64,000 nucleotides of DNA from an uncultured Candidatus Altimarinota bacterium (GTDB lineage: Bacteria; Patescibacteriota; Gracilibacteria; BD1-5; JAGOOR01): contig CALEVN010000026.1 in NCBI GenBank assembly GCA_937924685.1, positions 20,058 through 84,057 on the forward strand. The letters run 5' to 3'. Of the stretch, positions 46,210 through 55,921 are shown in pieces. Both the position numbers and the translations under genes were made by a program. The number at the start of each line of letters is the position of its first letter. Within the stretch, counting starts at the first letter, position 1. The notes beneath the pieces are model-generated. The model saw nothing but the letters and a program-made list of their open reading frames with translations, was not told where the DNA came from and searched no databases.

Positions 46210-47384
46210 GACTCCAAAAATATCTCTCCGAGTGTGGTGTGTGCTCACGTCGACATGCCGAAGAAGCTATCAAAAATGGCGAAGTTATCGTGAATGGTAT
46301 TCCTGCGCAGATAGGACAATCTATCGATCCAGAGGTCGACAAAATAGAATTCTCAGGCAAGCTCGTTCACAGAAGTGAGGCACTTGTCTACTATGCTATG
46401 AACAAGCCACGAGGCATCGAGACCACGTGTGCTCAAAAAGACGGAAAAAGCATTGTCGACATCATCGACACAAAGACACGAGTTTTCCCAATAGGTCGTC
46501 TCGATAAGGATTCCAGCGGTCTTATCCTCCTGACGAATGACGGTCGTCTGACACATCGATTGCTCCATCCCTCTTTCGAACACGAAAAAGAATATCTCGT
46601 GACGACGTATGGAAAAATAGACGATATCTCTCTCAGACAGATGAGTCAATGAGTGCGCTATACTATCACAGAAGGTCCTCGAACTTCGCCATCTTCGACA
46701 CGTTCGCCAACACAGAGATTCCCAGCTCCGAAAACACCTCTCGTACCAAAAAAATTCGTCCAAACTCAACCCTGTGAGATAAAGAGAGTCAGCTCCGATA
46801 CGTTTCGCATCATCCTCAAAGAAGGAAAGAATCGACAGATCCGTCGTATGGTCGAAGCCTGTGGACATCAAGTAAAAAAACTCAAACGTATTCGCATCGA
46901 GCACATCATGCTCGGTGACATGCCAGATGGTGCCTATCGTGAGCTCAAGCGTGGTGAGCGAGAAGAGCTTCTTCGACGTGGAGCACTTCCTCTCGTTGAT
47001 TTCGCACCTATTTCTGGCGAGGTTGTTCATGGCGATGGTCGTGGCCACAGTATAGGTTTTGCAACAGCGAATATAGTCTTTCCTGCTGGTGTAGTTCCAG
47101 ACAAGACATTTACATGTCGTGTGACCATCGATGGTGAGGTATTTCTCTGAGCAGGTTCATATCAGCCAAAAAAAGGACATTTCGAAGTGCATATTATTGA
47201 TTTTGATCGTGATATTTACGGAAAAAATATTCATATCGACATCATGGACATTATCCGAGATAATAGAGCATTTAGTTCTGTCGAAGAACTCAAAAATCAG
47301 ATCACAAAAGACGTCAATCATGTTCGTGCACACTGGCAGAGTCTCCTCAATAATCCAGAGGAGAAAGCAAAGAGAAGTAAGTAG
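46197..47384 (+). CDS. fusion protein: S4 domain + RsuA/RluB/RluF-type pseudouridine synthase + riboflavin kinase domain
   Basis: Frame 0 joins track ORFs 46149..46652, 46653..47150 and 47187..47384. The S4 domain is [31 protein letters not shown]. The synthase core has RLDKDSSGLILLTNDG and EGKNRQIRRM. Then, with no stop of any kind, comes ISGEVVHGDGRGHSIGFATANI...FEVHIIDFDRDIYGKNIHIDIMDIIRDNRAFSSVEELKNQITKD, which matches the RibF C-terminal kinase domain. Confidence 0.75.
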
Positions 47385-47419
47385 AAAAATTTTAATTTTG
47401 TATCCTGTAATTGACTTGT

Positions 47420-47455
47420 GTCATCCCGACGAAAGTCGGGATCCAGGTGGATTAA
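47420..47455 (+). repeat. GNRA-hairpin repeat element, copy 1
   Basis: GTCATCCCGACGAAAGTCGGGATCCAGGTGGATTAA. The stem is ATCCCGAC/GTCGGGAT with a GAAA loop. It is near-identical to the copy at 47894-47927. Confidence 0.8.
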
Positions 47456-47532
47456 TCTTTCCTTTACACTTTTCTTAAAGAGGATTTTGTTATGAGTTGT
47501 ATTCTGTTTTTCAACGGAATGACACAAACAGC

Positions 47533-47835
47533 CTAGATTATCTCATCATACATATCTCTCCACTCCGGATTATTTTTCTCGATGAGATCTTTTTTCCAAT
47601 TTCTCTGCCATTCTTTCATTTGTCTTTCCCTCACAATTGCGTTTTCCATTGAATCATGTACTTCAAAATAAACGAGCAGCTTTGTATTATATTCCTTTGA
47701 GAATCATTCAAAGTACTCATTCTTATGTTGCCACACTCTTTTTACTAAATCACTTGTACTTCCTATGTAGAGAGTTCCATTTCTCTCACTTGCCATGATA
47801 TAGACACAGGGCTGAAAATTCCTGTATTGGTTCAT
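47533..47835 (-). CDS. GIY-YIG nuclease superfamily protein (small stand-alone type, 100 aa)
   Basis: ATG at 47833-47835, TAG at 47533-47535, one TGA. The sequence CVYIMASERNGTLYIGSTSDLVKRVWQHKNEYFE-G-FSKEYNTKLLVYFEVHDSMENAIVRERQMKEWQRNWKKDLIEKNNPEWRDM matches the GIY-YIG pattern. Confidence 0.85.
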
Positions 47836-47857
47836 GGAGGAATCTTAAATGACCTGG

Positions 47858-47878
47858 ATACCGTGTCAAGCACGGTAT
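47858..47878 (+). repeat. second hairpin element upstream of the GIY-YIG gene
   Basis: ATACCGTG-tcaag-CACGGTAT, a perfect 8-bp stem. Confidence 0.6.
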
Positions 47879-47893
47879 GACAGAAACTGTATC

Positions 47894-47927
47894 GTCATCC
47901 CGACGAAAGTCGGGATCTAGGTGAATA
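47894..47927 (+). repeat. GNRA-hairpin repeat element, copy 2
   Basis: GTCATCCCGACGAAAGTCGGGATCTAGGTGAATAAA, in the same orientation as copy 1. There are two mismatches over the first ~32 nt. Confidence 0.8.
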
Positions 47928-48046
47928 AAAATTTCGAGAGCACTGTGTTCAAAGGGGTAATAGAGGCATTGATTTTACCTCCGTATAAAGTATACTCCCA
48001 TTATTACGGTACATTTATCAAGAAATAATAATTCATAAACGGTCTC

Positions 48047-49141
48047 ATGGCTCAAATAGCCCTTCTCCATCCACAATGTGCTCGTCTCGGAGGTGCTATA
48101 AAAATGGTACTTCTGACGGCTCATGCACTCCAAAAACAGGGGCATGATGTTGTTCTGTACACCTTTGAACAGGATGAAGCATGTTTCCCAGACCTTCAGA
48201 AAAATCTCCGTATTGTCGTGCTCCCCTCTCGCACAGCTGGTATTCTGACAAAACCTCTTCAAATAGCCACTTTGGCGTATCAACTTCGACATGTAGACAC
48301 GATTATTGCCAATAACCCTCCGATGCAAATAGTTGCCGCTCTCACAAAGCTTTTTGTACCACGTATTCGTACTATTTGGTGGCATCACCATGCACCGTGG
48401 TACTATGACAGTTTTAAACCTGTAATACTTGCAAAAGCCATATTTGAAAAATTTTTTGTAATGCCCTTTATCGATGATATGGTTGCGACGAGCTACTATG
48501 TAGCCGATATTATCCAGGCATACTGTGGCCGCTCATCACAAGTGATACATCCAGTATTGGAGAGCATATCTGAGCCGATAACCCCAAAAATCACATCAAA
48601 TAATGGAGTAACTCTCTTTACGCATGGCCGTCTGGAAGAGGGAAAATGACTCGATATGATCGTGCGAGTGTATGAGAAAATCCGCCAAGAACACCCAAAT
48701 ATCAATCTGATCGTTGCTGGCATGGGAAAACTCGAGTCTTTTCTGCGAGAAAAAGGCATCACTGTCATTCCATTTCATAAAAGAGATACTTTTGTCGACA
48801 TCATGTCTGGGAAATATGGACACGTTTTATGAGTGTATTGTTCTTCTATAGATGCCTTTGGTATGGCATCTCTCGAGGCACAAATAGCATGAATGTCGAC
48901 ACTTATTCTCGACAGGGGTGGCGCATGAGAGACGATCGTGTCAAAAGATGACGACTCACTTGTCTGACATCTTGTCGACTCTGAAGATGACCTTTGTGCT
49001 AGCATACAATACTACATGGAGCATAAAAAATTTCACAAACATCTGTCAATTGTGAATTTTTCTCATCACAGAGACTATTTTAATGGGGAGAGATTATCCC
49101 ATGATTTGCTTATACTGATGAGCAAAAGTATGGTATCATAA
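48047..49141 (+). CDS. glycosyltransferase (GT-B fold, GT4-like)
   Basis: I checked frame 2 codon by codon from track ORF 48047..48649 to TAA 49139-49141; there are five TGAs. The C-terminal motif is VL-G-VYCSSIDAFGMASLEAQIA-G-MSTLILDRGGA-G-ETIV (the E..FG....EA..G pattern). Confidence 0.75.
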
Positions 49142-49197
49142 TTGTGTGTTTTTTGTGTGTGAATTGTGAAGAGTGAGTGAATTACCCTGTCTACCAC

Positions 49198-49225
49198 TTG
49201 AAACCTATACATATTGGACTATTAT
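49198..49225 (+). promoter_or_regulatory. candidate sigma-70 promoter for the S-layer-like gene (implies a ~285-nt leader)
   Basis: TTGAAA (49198-49203), a 16-nt spacer, TATTAT (49220-49225). This is a sequence match only. Confidence 0.3.
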
Positions 49226-49518
49226 CTGGCCACGATTGTTCGTGTACATCTCCCTCGTTTTTCACTCTTGCTTGGTTTCGACATGTTTTCTGTGTCTTTG
49301 ACACATGACGAAGATGTCGAGTTGACTCGGCTCGTAGATCGAAGAGGGTTACGACTCCATCAAAAACAAAGAAGAAGATTCAAAAATAATCAAAGAGGTC
49401 GAATATCTCTACCACAGAAAGATATTCATCAAACCTCCTTCATTCTTTTTGTTCTTTTATTTTTTCTCATGGAGAAGTTCGGTGTCCGCGTCCAATTCTA
49501 TTTTTTATCCTTTTTATT

Positions 49519-52500
49519 ATGCGTCAGATCCTTCGACAAATCGTCGCAGTTCTCGCGTTTGCTGGAATTACTATGAGCATCGCTCCTAGTACTTTCGCTG
49601 CAACATACAATGACTTGTCTGCTGCAAACAAACTCGCTACTGCAGGAATCGTAGTTGATCATTCAGCAGCTCCTGCTGAATATCGACTCGCTGATAATGT
49701 TCTCCGTCAGGAGGCTATCGGTGTTGCTGGTAAAGTGTCAGGTGTTATACCAAACACTCCAGTATCTTCATACTCTTGTATGAACAAGTTTAGTGATATT
49801 TCAGAAGCTTGGGTTTGCCGAGCTGCTGAACTCGGAGTTCAGGCTGGTTTTGTTAATGGTAACAACGCTAAGTTCCGACCTCGAGACAACGTATCACGAT
49901 ACGAGTCTCTCCTCTGGGCTATCAAATCTAACGGCATCTCTATCTCTGATACTTCTGTATCAGGTGTAGTAGCTCGTGCTGTAGAAGTTGGTATCATCGC
50001 TAACGCATCTTCATTCAACGCTACTACTTCTGCTACTCGTGGCGAAGTGTTCCGTTACAATGCTTACGCAATGGACTACAAAGCTGCTAACTCAAATGGA
50101 AATGGTAACAATGATATTCTCTGTCTTCTCGATCCTTCATTCTGTGGTAACAATGGAGGTCAAGTAGTTAACGGAAACGTCACTGTTGGTACTTCTGCTG
50201 CAAATCCTGGCGTTATGACTATCGCTACTGGTACAGCTCACAACACTGTCTTGGCATTCAACGTGTCAAACGGTTCTTCTGTTGCTGCTAACGTAACTGG
50301 TCTTCGCTTGACTAAAACTGGTTTCTTCGCTACTACAAATGTCTCAGGCATTGAAGTATTCGACGCTAACGGTGTTCGTCATGGAAATGTCGTTACTACT
50401 CTCGGTTCAAATGGTGTCGCTATGATGACATTCCCTACTGAACCTATTATGGTAGCTGCAGGTCAGACTGTTACTATCTTCGTCAAGGCTAACCTCTCTG
50501 GTACATCTTCTGGTACTATTGGCTTCAACGTCAATTCTGCTTCTGATGTTACTATCTCAGGTGGTACTGTCGGTGGTACATTCCCAATCGTCGGTAACCT
50601 CCACAACATCGTAAACGGTGCTGGTACTATCGGTACTGTCACTCTCGATGAAATGGCTGTTAACGCTTCTGGTGCTACATACAACGCAGATCCAGCGGCT
50701 TCTCAGGAAATCGCTAAATTCCAAGTTCGTGAGACATCAAGCAATGAAGACATCGTCCTCACTGGTCTCAAGCTCTGGAATAATGGTAATGCTTCTGCTA
50801 CTGACTACAAGGATGTTCAACTCGTTGATCAGACTGGTGCAGTCGTTGCTACAGCTCAACCTATGGGTCAAGTTGTTAGTTTTGTTCTTTCTACTCCTTA
50901 CTCAATCACTAAGGGTCAGACTAAGAACTTCACTGTTCGTGCTACTATCGTCAATGGTGCTTCTCGTACTATCCAGTTCACAGTCTACAACGACTACGAC
51001 CTCTACGTAAGAGGTGTGAGCACAGGAGCTACTCTCCTCGCTACTGCTGGTACTACTGACACATCATTCCCAATCGGTGACACTACTTCTACTTACAACA
51101 AAGTAACTATTGGTTCTGGTTCACTCATCTTCAATCGTGCTGTTGATTCATCTTCTACAGCTGTTACTCCTGGTGCTACAGATGTAGTTCTCGCGAAATA
51201 CACTGCTAAACCAGTTGGTGAAGATATGGAACTCCGAACAGTTAACTTCGGTATTGACCAAGATACAGGTGCTGTTGCTCTTACAGGTACAGTATTTGTT
51301 AAGGTTAATGGTGCTGTTGTTTACTCTGCTGCTGCAAATACTACTAACTTCCCAGTTGCTGGTACTGCTTCATCTCGTACACTCTCATCTTACCCTATCC
51401 TCACTGCAGGTGTAGAAAACACTATTGAAGTAATTGCTTCAATCAGCTCTTCTGCTACTGCTGCTGATGCATACCAGGTGAAGGCATTTGACATCACATC
51501 TACAAAACGACTCATCTCAAATGATATCGTTGACCCAACTGTTTCTACACAAGACGGTTTCAACCGAACTGTTAAGGCAGCTGCTGTCACAGTTACGACT
51601 CTCGCAACTCCTGTTGCTGGTTCTATCGTTCCTGGTACAAATGGTGTTAAACTCGCAAGCTTTGAATTCAATGCTAGCGCTTCTGGTGAAGATGTTCGTG
51701 TCACAGCTGTTACTGTTACTGATACGAAAGGAGGCTCTGCTGTCTATGCAGACATCTCTAACCTCGTAATGAAGGATGCATCTGGTGCTCAACTCACTAC
51801 TTCTTCTTCTACAGCGACAAATGCTAACACTGTTACATTTACATTCACAAATCCTATCATCGTAGGTCGTTCTGCTACTACTGTTATTAACCTCTTTGGT
51901 GATGTCAGAAGTAGTGCGACTGCTGGTGGCACTTCTGCATATGCTCATACATATAACATTAATGCTTCTGGTGATGTAACTGCTACTGGTAAAGACACTG
52001 GTAACACTATCGCGACTCCTACTGTTTCTGGTTCAGGCCAGGCTCAGAGAATCGTCTCTGGTGGTAACCTCAATGTCGCCACTGATTCAGGTGCTGGAAA
52101 AACTCCTTCACTTGCTCAAATCGTTCCAATTAACTCTGTAGACGGAGTCTATCTCGCTGCTCGCTTCTCATCTCAATTTGAAGCTCAGAAAGTTACATCT
52201 CTTACTCTCAAAGCTACTGGTACAGCACTCGTTCAGAACAACCTCAAGAACATCCGTCTCTACGCACAATCTGGTACTGGTCCACTCCTTGGATCTACTG
52301 CTGCATTTGCTACGACAAATCAGTTCTCTAGCTGTTCTTCAAACGTATGTTCTTACACATGGACTGCTACAGACAACCTCCTCCCTGCCGTTATTGATCC
52401 TTCTTCTCCTATGACTATCTTCGTCAAGGCTGATATCCAAGGTGAAAATACAGCTAAGCTCGGAAATGACTTCTACTTCTCTATCACAAATGATGGTACA

Positions 52501-53103
52501 GATGTAGTTGCTAAGGGTGCTGTTTCTTCTACTGCTCCTACATACGACTCAAACACTGCTGCTAACTCTACTGCTAAGTCTTATATCAACCCATTCAATG
52601 TCGTAGCGACAGGCGAATCACCAACAAATGGTTCAAATGTTCTCTCGTCTGTGGGTTCTGGTACTCAGCTTGCTCGATTCAAGGTTACAAATAATGGTTC
52701 TGCTCAAATTACTTTGACAGATGCTACATTTACTAACTCTGGCTCTCATACTGGTACTGATGAAAGATATACTGTCTATGCATCAAGTGAAAACTCAAAT
52801 GACTACACTGCTAATACGCTCGAAGCGTCTTCAACAGATACTGTAGCATTTGGTAGTCTTACAACTCCTGTAACAATCAATGGTGGATCTTACCGATACA
52901 TCACGGTTGCTATTACAACAGTTGGATCGACTGCTTCAGGTGATACATATTCACTTTCTATCGCTAGTCTTGGTGATCTCAAGTACTCTGTTACTGAATC
53001 AGCTCTCGGCTACGATGCTAACCAGGATAATGATCAGGGCGATACTGTCACTTCACTCCGTGTTGATGGTAAACCAGCTCTCGGAACTATCCAGAAGCAA
53101 TAA
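49519..53103 (+). CDS. S-layer-like protein: signal peptide, SLH-like module, ~1000-aa beta-rich Thr/Ser/Ala/Gly/Val/Asn region
   Basis: Uninterrupted 1194-aa ORF with no TGA. The signal peptide is MRQILRQIVAVLAFAGITMSIAPSTFA. The SLH-like motif is FSDISEAWVCRAAELGVQAGFVNGNNAKFRPRDNVSRYESLLWAI. Codon choice is strongly T-ending (GGT, GCT, ACT, TCT, GTT), and Cys residues are few and confined to the N-terminal part and one cluster near residue 960. Confidence 0.75.
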   Translation: MRQILRQIVAVLAFAGITMSIAPSTFAATYNDLSAANKLATAGIVVDHSAAPAEYRLADNVLRQEAIGVAGKVSGVIPNTPVSSYSCMNKFSDISEAWVCRAAELGVQAGFVNGNNAKFRPRDNVSRYESLLWAIKSNGISISDTSVSGVVARAVEVGIIANASSFNATTSATRGEVFRYNAYAMDYKAANSNGNGNNDILCLLDPSFCGNNGGQVVNGNVTVGTSAANPGVMTIATGTAHNTVLAFNVSNGSSVAANVTGLRLTKTGFFATTNVSGIEVFDANGVRHGNVVTTLGSNGVAMMTFPTEPIMVAAGQTVTIFVKANLSGTSSGTIGFNVNSASDVTISGGTVGGTFPIVGNLHNIVNGAGTIGTVTLDEMAVNASGATYNADPAASQEIAKFQVRETSSNEDIVLTGLKLWNNGNASATDYKDVQLVDQTGAVVATAQPMGQVVSFVLSTPYSITKGQTKNFTVRATIVNGASRTIQFTVYNDYDLYVRGVSTGATLLATAGTTDTSFPIGDTTSTYNKVTIGSGSLIFNRAVDSSSTAVTPGATDVVLAKYTAKPVGEDMELRTVNFGIDQDTGAVALTGTVFVKVNGAVVYSAAANTTNFPVAGTASSRTLSSYPILTAGVENTIEVIASISSSATAADAYQVKAFDITSTKRLISNDIVDPTVSTQDGFNRTVKAAAVTVTTLATPVAGSIVPGTNGVKLASFEFNASASGEDVRVTAVTVTDTKGGSAVYADISNLVMKDASGAQLTTSSSTATNANTVTFTFTNPIIVGRSATTVINLFGDVRSSATAGGTSAYAHTYNINASGDVTATGKDTGNTIATPTVSGSGQAQRIVSGGNLNVATDSGAGKTPSLAQIVPINSVDGVYLAARFSSQFEAQKVTSLTLKATGTALVQNNLKNIRLYAQSGTGPLLGSTAAFATTNQFSSCSSNVCSYTWTATDNLLPAVIDPSSPMTIFVKADIQGENTAKLGNDFYFSITNDGTDVVAKGAVSSTAPTYDSNTAANSTAKSYINPFNVVATGESPTNGSNVLSSVGSGTQLARFKVTNNGSAQITLTDATFTNSGSHTGTDERYTVYASSENSNDYTANTLEASSTDTVAFGSLTTPVTINGGSYRYITVAITTVGSTASGDTYSLSIASLGDLKYSVTESALGYDANQDNDQGDTVTSLRVDGKPALGTIQKQ

Positions 53104-53158
53104 TTAGTCTTGGCTCACGCCACGATGAACACATCTGATAGCATGTATAAAGCTCTCC

Positions 53159-53188
53159 AAAACCCCATCCACAAGGATGGGGTTTTTT
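53159..53188 (+). terminator. rho-independent terminator
   Basis: AAAACCCCATCC-acaa-GGATGGGGTTTT followed by TTG. Confidence 0.8.
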
Positions 53189-53227
53189 GTTGGATTGTTT
53201 TTTCTTCCAAAAGGATACAATAGAACT

Positions 53228-53908
53228 ATGAAAAAATCTCACACAAAATATATCCGTCTTTTCATGGCTCTCCTGGTCGTAGTAGGACTCTATTTCCTCT
53301 TCTTGAGCACATCGGAGAGTATATCCTATCCAGAGACATCGTTTCATGATGGAAAAACCTATCTCGATCCTGTAGGAAAGAATGAAGCCGAGAAGAATCT
53401 CGCAGAAACACAAAAACTCTATGACAGCTACAATGCCTCTACAAGCGTCTATACGCGAGTTGGCACCCTCATGCGTCTCTATGGATACCAAGAGAGTCTC
53501 TGAAGCTATCTCGAGGCCAAAAAAACGCTCGAGACTCTTATCTCTCTTCAGACGAGCTCAAATACACTTCGCACTTATGCCCTTCTTCTCTGGAAGATGG
53601 GGGGACCTCGAGAAGCGATGGAGGCTATCGATCACGCTATCGTACTGAGTCCGACGCTCCCTGATCTCTGGAATACAAAGATAGACTTCCTTCGTGTTCT
53701 CCATAAAAATAATCTCAAAAATCTCGACTCTACCTATCGAAATGCTCTGAAAAAAACGAATAACAGCATAGATATCGTCTCGGGGTATGCGCATTATCTC
53801 GAACAAATGGGCAAAAAATCCGAGTCAATCGAGTACTACAAAAAGGCTACAGAGATGAATCCACAAGGAAAATATGAATATCAGGACGCTATTAACCGTC
53901 AGCAATAA
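53228..53908 (+). CDS. membrane-anchored TPR-like repeat protein
   Basis: ATG at 53228. Frame 2 joins track ORFs 53177..53503 (from the ATG) and 53597..53908 through one TGA. It has an N-terminal TM helix and helical repeat-like segments (e.g. YAHYLEQMGKKSESIEYYKKATEMNP). Confidence 0.6.
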
Positions 53909-53911
53909 TCT

Positions 53912-55894
53912 ATGAATGCTTCTTTCTTTCAGCGTGCATGAGTGATACTGGTTCTCCTGGTAGGAGTATGGTCAGTATCTGCGCTCGAGGATACTACGGG
54001 GACGATTACCTTGGATTTTTATCCTCTCTTTTCTGTCGTCTCAGGTGATAAGTTCTACACATCAGATGGTCTCGGAAATACTCTTGCTGTCATCGACACG
54101 ACCAAAAATACTCTTGCAAAAAGTATTCTCGTTGGACAAGGACCGAGTGCTGGCGTCATCGTGGGGACGACACTCTATGTCGCCAATAGTGAGAGCGGAA
54201 CTGTCTCAGTCATCGATACGACGACCGACACTGTCAAAAAAACTCTTACTGTAGAACGAGGCCCACGATACATGCTTCTCTCTGGGACAAATCTCTATGT
54301 CGCCAATACACTCGGAGATTCTGTGTCGATCATCGACACGACAACTGAATCATATCTCCGGACTATTCCTGTCGGCTCTGGCCCTACTGTGATGACGTAC
54401 CTGTATGGCCGAGTCTATGTCGCCAATTCTACCAGCACGAGCGTATCATTCATAAATACCTCAAAACTCCTCGGTACCATATCGACTGGTCTCAATCCAT
54501 CATCGTTTAGTAGCCTCTCAAGTCGATATCTGTATGTGACGAATCTGAGAAATAAAAATGTCACACTCATAGACACAGGTGATACCACATCGACACAAGT
54601 ATCCGAACCAAAAGTCCAAATTCCTGTCTGAAATGGGCCATCTGGATCAGTCATTGTTGGGAAAAAAATCTATGTGACGAATATGGATGACAATACTGTT
54701 TCAGTCATTGATACGACGAATAATAGCATCTCAAAGACTATTTCGGTGGGTGATAAACCCTCTGCTATAGCCGTTCTCGGTACGAGTGTATATGTGGCTA
54801 ACTCTGGTGTAGACACGGTGTCGATGATCGACACAACCACTGATACTGTGAAACAGACAATCAAAGTAGGCACGTCACCGATATCTCTCACGGTAAGCGG
54901 GACAAAGGTCTATGTACAGAATAAAGATTCAAAAAATATCTCCATTATTTATACAGGATACCCTCTTCTCAAATCGCTCTCTACGGATGCACCAGATGGC
55001 ACATATCGTGAAGGCGCAGTCGTGAATATCGTGGCTTCTTTTGATCAAAAGCTCGCCCCAGAATCGACTATGACAGTATTGCTCAATAATGGGGTTGAGC
55101 TTCCTCTGACGACCGTCAATGATCAGCAACTCTCCACGAACTATATGGTGTGACCTGGTGATGATATAGGCGACCTCACTGTCCGTGCTATCAAAAGCTC
55201 GAGCATCCTCGGCGTGTCTGGTCTCAAGTCAGGAACGAACTATACGATACCATTGAAAAAAAATATCGGAGATACCAAAAATATCATCATCACCACCAAC
55301 CACCCAACGCTGGATTGTTCTCTCACGGGCGGTGCTCTCTACCGTAAGTGTGCTAATGGTGTCTACGTCGCAGGTATAAAAAACATCGTCGACAATCTCA
55401 TTTGTGAAGGTTTCATAACAAAGCAAACGACCCAAGTGAACTATCGACCGATGAAGCCTATCTCACGTATAGAAACTCTCGATATCGCTGTAAAAATGCT
55501 TCGTGTGGCTCCTGCAAATGTCTCTGACTATCGACACCCATTTAGCGATATACCAGATGATGATAAAAATCCACTTCAAAATATCATCGAAACAGGTCTC
55601 CAAAATAATATCATTAGCTGAAATAATACACGATTTGAACCTCAGAAAAAGATATCTCGTGCAGAGGCGTATGTCATGGTTCTCAAATCTGTTTGTTTTC
55701 CCCTCGGAGAATGATCTGACTGGAAGAGTCTTCTCTATGACCCTATAAAAAATGCCAATCTGACTACTCTTTCGTGGGAAAAATTTCGACCAAATCAACT
55801 CATACTCCGAAAAGAACTCTTCACACTTGTCTCTCGTGCTTCAGATTGGGCAAATACAACAGGAGGATGTATGCCACAGATTTGCAAAAAATAG
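53912..55894 (+). CDS. secreted YVTN-type beta-propeller repeat protein with a C-terminal SLH-like module
   Basis: ATG at 53912. I checked frame 2 through track ORFs 53942..54631, 54674..55153 and 55214..55621 to TAG 55892-55894. There are about eight repeats of the form LYVANxxxxTVSVIDTTTxTVxKTIxVGxxP. The C-terminus has NLICEGFITKQ...ISRIETLDIAVKML and FSDIPDD...ISRAEAYVMVLKS. Confidence 0.8.
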
Positions 55895-55921
55895 TTTTTA
55901 TCTGTTTTTCTGTTGAGTTGT

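Noticed and set aside
46353-47048. Long antisense ORFs in the supplied track, for example 46353..47048 (-) 231 aa, 24103..24801 (-) 232 aa, 22639..23244 (-) 201 aa, 17864..18406 (-) 180 aa and 27549..28037 (-) 162 aa.
   Set aside because: Each lies entirely opposite a gene with strong motif support: the rlu-kinase fusion, clpB, the PKD protein and the DUF2339-like protein. None has a recognisable motif. They are shadow ORFs favoured by the scarcity of TAA/TAG on the antisense strand.
49214-49576. A 120-aa + strand ORF overlapping the start of the S-layer-like gene.
   Set aside because: It has a non-ATG start and is out of frame with the 1194-aa gene it overlaps. Its composition is dominated by low-complexity Leu/Phe/Arg and it has no motif. 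The region is better explained as the 5' leader of the S-layer-like gene.
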